Of a DNA stretch of 61,918 nt, positions 56,455 to 61,918 are shown in pieces (position 1 is the first letter of the stretch; each line of letters begins with the position of its first letter). The notes below the pieces were generated by a model that saw nothing but the letters and a program-made list of their open reading frames with translations, was not told where the DNA came from and did no database searches. Origin of the DNA: Acidimicrobiaceae bacterium (GTDB lineage Bacteria; Actinomycetota; Acidimicrobiia; Acidimicrobiales; Aldehydirespiratoraceae); contig JAPOQG010000146.1 in NCBI GenBank assembly GCA_026710865.1, positions 1 to 61,918 on the forward strand, in the 5' to 3' direction. The position numbers and the translations under genes were made by a program.

Positions 56455-57417
56455 ATGGTCTGTCTGGCGGTAGTCGGGTCCGGGTTCATGGCCCGCACGC
56501 ACAGCGACGCTTACCTGCGTATCGGGAGCGCGCACGTCCGCTACGTTTGCGCTCCCGATCCCGATCGAGCGTCCGCGCTCGCTGGCCGGCTGCCGGGCGC
56601 CCGCGGCCTCGTCGACTTCGATCTGGTCCTCGGAGACGGCAACGTCGACGCGGTGGACCTGTGCGTCCCGACCAACCTCCATCGCCCCTATGCCGAGAGG
56701 GCGCTCGCCGCCGGCAAGCACGTGCTCGTCGAGAAGCCTCTGGCGCTCACGCTCGAGGATGCCGACGCGATCGTGGCCGCGGCCCGGGCCTGCGACCGTG
56801 TGGTGATGGTGGCCATGGTGCTGCGATTCTGGCCCGCCTACCGGGAGGCGCTCAAGGCGGTCAGGTCCGGCAGCATCGGCTCGCCGCAGGCCGTCTCGAG
56901 CATGCGGATGTCGCCGCCGCCGACGTGGAACAGCTGGATGCAGGATCACGCCGAGTCCGGCGGTCCCGTGGTTGATCTCATGATCCACGACCTCGACTTC
57001 ACGACCGAGCTCGTCGGCAGCCCGGACGCGATCTGGGGCGGGTCCGCGGGGCTGGTCGACCATGCGGTGGTGACCACGCAGCACGGGGACGCGGTCGCGG
57101 TCCACGAGGCCTCCTGGGCCTTGCCGGCCTCGCGCCCGCTCCACAGCCGGCTCCACGTCGTCGGCACCGACGGAACGGTCGAGCACCGTTTCGGGCCCGG
57201 AGGGGAGTCTCTGGTGCTGGCCCGGCGCGACGGGCCGCAGGAGCCCGTCGAGTACGACCGCACCGACCCCTTCGAGGCGGAACTCGCCTACTTCGTCGAC
57301 TGCGTGGAGAACGGCCGGGAGCCGCAGCGGGCCAGCGTCGAGGTGGGCCGTGACGCCCTCGCGGTGGCGCTTGCAGCCCGCGGCGCCGCCTGCGCCACAC
57401 AACAAGGGCGGGAGTGA
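56455..57417 (+). CDS. Gfo/Idh/MocA family NAD(P)-dependent oxidoreductase
   Basis: N-terminal Rossmann VVGSGFMARTH and the EKPLALT motif characteristic of the family. Confidence 0.85.
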   Translation: MVCLAVVGSGFMARTHSDAYLRIGSAHVRYVCAPDPDRASALAGRLPGARGLVDFDLVLGDGNVDAVDLCVPTNLHRPYAERALAAGKHVLVEKPLALTLEDADAIVAAARACDRVVMVAMVLRFWPAYREALKAVRSGSIGSPQAVSSMRMSPPPTWNSWMQDHAESGGPVVDLMIHDLDFTTELVGSPDAIWGGSAGLVDHAVVTTQHGDAVAVHEASWALPASRPLHSRLHVVGTDGTVEHRFGPGGESLVLARRDGPQEPVEYDRTDPFEAELAYFVDCVENGREPQRASVEVGRDALAVALAARGAACATQQGRE

Positions 57418-57489
57418 CACCACCGCCTCAAAGGGCCACCCGTTGGGAGCCCCGCAGAGCCGAGCGACTGGCCGAGTGAAACCGCCGCC

Positions 57490-58272
57490 TCAGATCCGCT
57501 GCCATGGAGGCTTGTCGCGGTAGGCGGCACGGTAGTAGTCCGCGTGCCGGAGCCGGCTCGCGGCGAGGTCGTCGACGATGACGGTCACATGGGGATGCAG
57601 CTGCAGCGCCGAGGCCGGGACCATGGCGGTGACGGGGCCCTCCACCGCTCGTTCGATGGCGATGCTCTTGGAGGAACCGGAAGCCAGCAGGACGATGTGG
57701 CGGGCTTCGAGGATCGTCCCGATGCCCTGGGTGAGCGCATGGCGTGGGACCCCTTCGGCCACGTCGAAGAACCGGGCGTTGTCGCTTCGGGTGCGGTCGG
57801 TGAGCGTCTTGAGGCGCGTCCGGGAGGACAGCGACGAGGCGAGCTCGTTGAAGCCGATGTGCCCCTCGCTCCCGATGCCCAGGAGCTGCAGGTCGATGCC
57901 GCCCGCGTCGACGATCTGGGATTCGTATCGCACGCAGGCCGCCGCGAGGTCGGCTGCGTCGCCGTCGGGCCCGTGGACGGACTCCGGTCTGACGTCCACG
58001 TGGCCGCTGAACCGGTCCCGGATGAACGTCGCGAAGGACTGGGGATGGTCGCGGGCCAGGCCGGCGTACTCGTCGAGCAGGAACATGGTGGTGCCGGCGA
58101 AGCTGAGGCCGCGACTGCGGTGACGCTCGATCAGGTCGGTGTAGACGGGCAGGGGCGAGGATCCGGTCGCCAGTCCGAGCACCGGGAACTCCGTCGACTC
58201 GACGAGGTGCTCGACCGCGTCGGCGGCTATTCGCGCCATCTCTGCCTCGGACTCGACGACTATCACCTCCAC
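57490..58272 (-). CDS. nagB: Glucosamine-6-phosphate deaminase
   Basis: 260 aa. LGLATGSSP, FLLDEY, DLQLLGIGSEGHIGFNE blocks. Confidence 0.9.
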   Translation of the reverse strand: MEVIVVESEAEMARIAADAVEHLVESTEFPVLGLATGSSPLPVYTDLIERHRSRGLSFAGTTMFLLDEYAGLARDHPQSFATFIRDRFSGHVDVRPESVHGPDGDAADLAAACVRYESQIVDAGGIDLQLLGIGSEGHIGFNELASSLSSRTRLKTLTDRTRSDNARFFDVAEGVPRHALTQGIGTILEARHIVLLASGSSKSIAIERAVEGPVTAMVPASALQLHPHVTVIVDDLAASRLRHADYYRAAYRDKPPWQRI

Positions 58273-58338
58273 GACACTGAACCGGCCCGCCTCAAGGCCC
58301 GGGGCGAGCCATCCGGGAACCGGGAGGGTCCGATTCTC

Positions 58339-59577
58339 TCATGGACGCTCCGGCGCGAGTGCGCCGGGGTCATAGGCGATCCGGCCGCCCACAACGGTGA
58401 GCGCGACGCGCAGATCGTCGTCGAGCAGGACGATGTCCGCATCCCGCCCTGCTGCGAGAACGCCCTTGGAGCCGGCGCCGACGACTCTGGCCGGCGTGGC
58501 GGTAGCCGCGGCGACGGCTTCGGAGATCTCGCATCCGGTGTACTCGACGAGGTTGCGGACGGCCTCGGGCATGGTGAGCACGCTCCCCGCGAGGGCGCCC
58601 TGCTCGTTGTGCACGGCGTTGCCCCGTCTGGTGAGCATGCTGCTGCCGAGCGACGGTCGCTCCGAACGGCTCCGGGTGGAGCCGGCGGAGGAGCTTCGCG
58701 TTGTCGGCGCGGCGTCATCCGAGTCGGGCGGACCGTCCTGCATCCCCTGGAGCGCGCACGCGTCGGTGATGAGCACGAGCCCGTCGCTGCCCTTGGCGTT
58801 CCAGGCAACCGCCACCGCGGTGGGATCGCTGTGCACGCCGTCGACGATGATGCCGGCCGTGACGTCGCGCCGGGCGAGAGTGAACCCCACCAGGCCCGGC
58901 TTGCGATGGTGCAGCGGAGACATGGCGTTGTAGAGATGGGTGACATGGCTGACCCCGGCCCGCACGGCCTCGACGGCCTCCTCGGCGGTCGCCTCCGAAT
59001 GGCCTGCGGCGACGGTGACGCCGCGCCGGGCGAGAAGGCTGATGACCTCCAACGCCCCCGGCAACTCCGGGGCGATGGTCACCATCACGACGCCGTTCTC
59101 CGGGCACCAGTCGGCCACGAGGTGCGCCGAGGGCTCTCGCAGATGCTCAGCCGAGTGCGCGCCGCGGCGATCCGGGTTGAGCAGCGGCCCTTCCAGGTGC
59201 AGGCCCAGCGGCTCGGCAACCGCGCCGCCGCCCGCAGGGGGGGACGCGAGCGCTCGGCGCGCCGAGTGGACACTGTCGGGCGGGCTGCTGACGACCGTGG
59301 GCAGGAACGACGTCACGCCCTGCTCGGGCAGGCGCGCCGCCGCCTTCCATATCCCGGCGCCATCCTCGGTGAAGTCGACGCCGAAGGCGCCGTTGAGCTG
59401 AAGGTCGATGAATCCGGCAGCGACCAGCATCTGCCCCGCGTCGATCCTCGGGCCGGACCACTTCTTCGGCAGGCCGCCCACGGCGACTATGCGTCCGTCA
59501 CAGATCACCAACTCGGCCTGCTCGACGCCGCCGGGGAGAACCAGCCTGCCGTTCACCACGGCCAGGTGGGCGCTCAC
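58339..59577 (-). CDS. nagA: N-acetylglucosamine-6-phosphate deacetylase
   Basis: GTG start overlapping the ROK stop (GTGA). GFIDLQLNG, HLEGP, TAGHS, THLYNAM, DGVH and LAGSVLTM blocks. Contains an extra Ser/Arg-rich loop. Confidence 0.88.
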   Translation of the reverse strand: MSAHLAVVNGRLVLPGGVEQAELVICDGRIVAVGGLPKKWSGPRIDAGQMLVAAGFIDLQLNGAFGVDFTEDGAGIWKAAARLPEQGVTSFLPTVVSSPPDSVHSARRALASPPAGGGAVAEPLGLHLEGPLLNPDRRGAHSAEHLREPSAHLVADWCPENGVVMVTIAPELPGALEVISLLARRGVTVAAGHSEATAEEAVEAVRAGVSHVTHLYNAMSPLHHRKPGLVGFTLARRDVTAGIIVDGVHSDPTAVAVAWNAKGSDGLVLITDACALQGMQDGPPDSDDAAPTTRSSSAGSTRSRSERPSLGSSMLTRRGNAVHNEQGALAGSVLTMPEAVRNLVEYTGCEISEAVAAATATPARVVGAGSKGVLAAGRDADIVLLDDDLRVALTVVGGRIAYDPGALAPERP

Positions 59578-60527
59578 TGCTCGGCGCGGGGGCGCGGAGC
59601 AGTGCCCTGCGGCAAGCGGCCGGCTGCCGCGACCGCCGCGCCGATGGCGCCGATGGGTTCATCGGCGCAGAGTCGGAGCCGTGCGGGGAGTTCGAGCGCG
59701 CGAACGAAGGCGGATCTACGCTCCAGCCGGCGCAGGCCGTCGTCGACGGCCTCGCGCAACGGCGTGCGGGCCTCGGCCACCCCGCCGCCGAGCACGACGC
59801 GCTCGGCGTCGTAGGTGACCGCGAGCAGCAGGATCGCGCCGGCGAGATGATCGGCGATCTCGCCGGCCACCCGGGCGGCGGCCTCGTCCCGGCGGGATGC
59901 GGCGAAGAGCTCGGTCGCCGAGTTGCGGCCCGCGGCCACGGGCCAGGCGCGCTCGATGGCGCGTCCTGACGCGACAGCCTCGAGGCAGCCGCGGAGTCCG
60001 CAGGCGCATTCCGGACCGCCGGCCGCGACCGGGAGGTGTCCGATCTCGCCGGCGACGCCTCGCCGGCCGCGGTGCAGCCGGCCGTTCAGCACGACGCCGG
60101 CCGCGATCCCGGTCCCTATCGACAGGTAGGCGAGATCATCGATCTCCTCGGAGGCCGACATCTGGACGTATGCGCCCAGAGCGCTCGCATTGACGTCGTT
60201 CTCGACGTTGGTGACCGTCCCGAAACGGTCCGCCAGCAGCGACCCGATCTCGAGCGGAACGTCGTTGATTCCGAGGTTCACGGCGTGGTTCACGGTGCCC
60301 CGCCGGTTGTCGACCAGTCCGGCAATGCCGATGCCGAGCGCGTCGAGCCTGAGGACCGAGCCGGCGGCGGCAAGCTCCTCGATCGCATGGGTGGTCGACT
60401 CGTAGACACCGCCGGGGCCGCTCGCGTCGGTGGGCACGCTCGTGACGGCCGCAAGCGCGCGATCCTCGCCCAGCAGCACGGCGCTGGTCTTGGTGCCGCC
60501 CACGTCGACTCCGGCGATGACGGTCAC
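59574..60527 (-). CDS. ROK-family sugar kinase (likely N-acetylglucosamine kinase/glucokinase)
   Basis: AGVDVGGTKT N-terminal ATP motif, GHLPV....CACG..GCLE zinc/ROK signature. Confidence 0.88.
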   Translation of the reverse strand: MTVIAGVDVGGTKTSAVLLGEDRALAAVTSVPTDASGPGGVYESTTHAIEELAAAGSVLRLDALGIGIAGLVDNRRGTVNHAVNLGINDVPLEIGSLLADRFGTVTNVENDVNASALGAYVQMSASEEIDDLAYLSIGTGIAAGVVLNGRLHRGRRGVAGEIGHLPVAAGGPECACGLRGCLEAVASGRAIERAWPVAAGRNSATELFAASRRDEAAARVAGEIADHLAGAILLLAVTYDAERVVLGGGVAEARTPLREAVDDGLRRLERRSAFVRALELPARLRLCADEPIGAIGAAVAAAGRLPQGTAPRPRAEQ

Positions 60528-60581
60528 TCCGCGCCTCCCGTGGGCGATCGTGCGGCCACCGCTAGTACCGGTCCCGTTGCG

Positions 60582-61478
60582 TCACTTGATCGCTCCTTCG
60601 GTGAGGCCGCGCAGGAATTGTCGCGAGAAGATGACGTACAGCAGCAAGATCGGCACCATCGCCAGGGTCAGGGCGGCGAGAACCGCGTTCCAGTTGGAGG
60701 CGAACTGGCCCAGGAACTGCTGCGCGCCGAGCGTCACGGTCCGCTTGCTCTCGTCGGGCGCGAGGATGAGCGGGAACCAGAGGTCGTTCCAGACGGGGAG
60801 CATGGTGAACACCGCGACGGCGCCGAGGCCGGGTCTCACGAGGGGCAGGACCAGGCCGAACACCCGGTACTCGCTGGCGCCGTCGATGCGTGCCGACGCC
60901 TTGATGTCGCTGGGCACCTGTCTGAAGAACTGGCTGAGCAGGAACACTCCGAGCGGTATGCCCATGGCGGTGTACACCAGGATCAGCGCCCACAGTGTGT
61001 TGACGAGCCTGAGATCGACCATGAGCTCGAGCAGGCTCACGGTGCCGAGCCGGATCGGGATCATGATGCCGACCGCCAGGAAGAGGCCGAGAGCGGTGTT
61101 GCCCCGGAAGTCGTACTCGACCAGGGCGTGGGCGGCCATGGCCGACAGCAGTACCACGAGCACCACCGCCGAGGCCGTGACGATCAGACTGTTCAAGAAG
61201 TAGCGGTCGAAGCCGGCCTCCTCGATCACGGTCTCGTAGCCGATGAGATCGAACGTCGCGGCGGAGGGCAGCGAGAAGGGCGACTCGAACAGGGCGCGGC
61301 GGGATTTCATCGAATTGGCCACGATCAGGATGATGGGGCCGAGCGCGACTGCGCTGTACAGCAGGAGCATGGCATGAACGCCCCACGCGCCCCAGCGGGG
61401 CCCGCGAGACGCCGCTCGCCGGCGGCTCGGCTCGGGAAGGCCCCGCATGGCGGGCAAGGGCAGCGGCCTAGAACTCAT
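60582..61478 (-). CDS. Carbohydrate ABC transporter permease
   Basis: Six-helix MalG-like permease with an EAA-type loop (ASARIDGASEYRVFGLVLPLVRPG). Confidence 0.88.
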   Translation of the reverse strand: MSSRPLPLPAMRGLPEPSRRRAASRGPRWGAWGVHAMLLLYSAVALGPIILIVANSMKSRRALFESPFSLPSAATFDLIGYETVIEEAGFDRYFLNSLIVTASAVVLVVLLSAMAAHALVEYDFRGNTALGLFLAVGIMIPIRLGTVSLLELMVDLRLVNTLWALILVYTAMGIPLGVFLLSQFFRQVPSDIKASARIDGASEYRVFGLVLPLVRPGLGAVAVFTMLPVWNDLWFPLILAPDESKRTVTLGAQQFLGQFASNWNAVLAALTLAMVPILLLYVIFSRQFLRGLTEGAIK

Positions 61479-61918
61479 AGGTCGCCACTCTCCGGTGCCA
61501 GCTGAACGTGTACACCAGCAGACCGACCAGGATGATGATGAACATGGCGGACGCCACCGTCGCTCCCATGGCCGCGTCGCCCAGAGCGAGCTGGTTGCCG
61601 AAGAAGGTCCTATAGAAGAAGGTGCCCATGATGTCTGAGGCGAAGTCGGGGCCGGCCAGCGCGCCCTTCACGGTGAAGATCAGGTCGAAGGCGTTGAAGT
61701 TGCCGATGAATGTGACGATGGTGATGATGCCCAACGTCGGCAGCATCAACGGCAGCGTGACGTTCCAGAACGCCCTCCAGCCCGAAGCCCCGTCGACCCG
61801 GGCGGCCTCTATCAGGTCGCGGGGTATCGATATGAGGACCGCGTAGAAGAAGATCATGGGGATCCCCACGTATTGCCAGACGGAGATCAGCGACAGCGTC
61901 GGCAGCACCGTGGAGGGC
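61468..61918 (-). CDS. Sugar ABC transporter permease (partial; N-terminus lies beyond the window end)
   Basis: MalF-like permease C-terminal part with the EAA loop EAARVDGASGWRAFWNVTLPLM. The reading frame stays open to the window edge. Confidence 0.85.
   Translation of the reverse strand, partial: PSTVLPTLSLISVWQYVGIPMIFFYAVLISIPRDLIEAARVDGASGWRAFWNVTLPLMLPTLGIITIVTFIGNFNAFDLIFTVKGALAGPDFASDIMGTFFYRTFFGNQLALGDAAMGATVASAMFIIILVGLLVYTFSWHRRVATYEF

Overview
High-GC chromosomal window that looks Actinomycetota-like. It carries the mycothiol gene mshA and an acyl-CoA carboxylase epsilon subunit, and many neighbouring genes overlap by ATGA/GTGA. A split b6-type cytochrome b hints at Acidimicrobiia, but that placement is a guess. 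About 22 kb of the minus strand (29420 down to 7581) is one uninterrupted respiratory gene run. It starts with a Rieske/cytochrome b6-type bc complex operon that also encodes a 2x[4Fe-4S] ferredoxin, a diheme cytochrome c and two unknown membrane proteins, and it continues straight into a complete nuoA-N complex I operon. Directly after nuoN sits a small, more AT-rich accessory cassette: a zeta-toxin-like P-loop ATPase, a small coupled ORF and a retropepsin-like aspartic protease. A paralogue of that protease lies at 39251-39622. The clearest accessory island is 41.7-51.9 kb. It holds a complete four-gene Wadjet-like (JetABCD, DUF2397/2398/2399 type) SMC module in the unusual order jetC-jetA-jetB-jetD. 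Downstream of it is a translationally coupled pair: an internally deleted AlbA_2/HATPase_c_4-like mini-protein and an orphan ParA-like ATPase. Other content: STAS protein, CPA2-type antiporter with CBS domains, PhyH-like dioxygenase, SLH-domain metallopeptidase, mshA neighbourhood, tRNA-Lys(UUU), cyclophilin, Leu/Phe-tRNA protein transferase, acyl-CoA carboxylase beta and epsilon subunits, OYE-type flavin reductase, LMW-PTP/ArsC-like protein, and a GlcNAc utilisation cluster (ABC permeases, ROK kinase, nagA, nagB). A roughly 37-45 nt repeat family occurs at four intergenic loci, including a 4 x 44 bp tandem array 42 nt upstream of the tRNA. I recognised no rRNA, CRISPR array, integrase or transposase. 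All family assignments come from motif recognition by eye; no searches were run.
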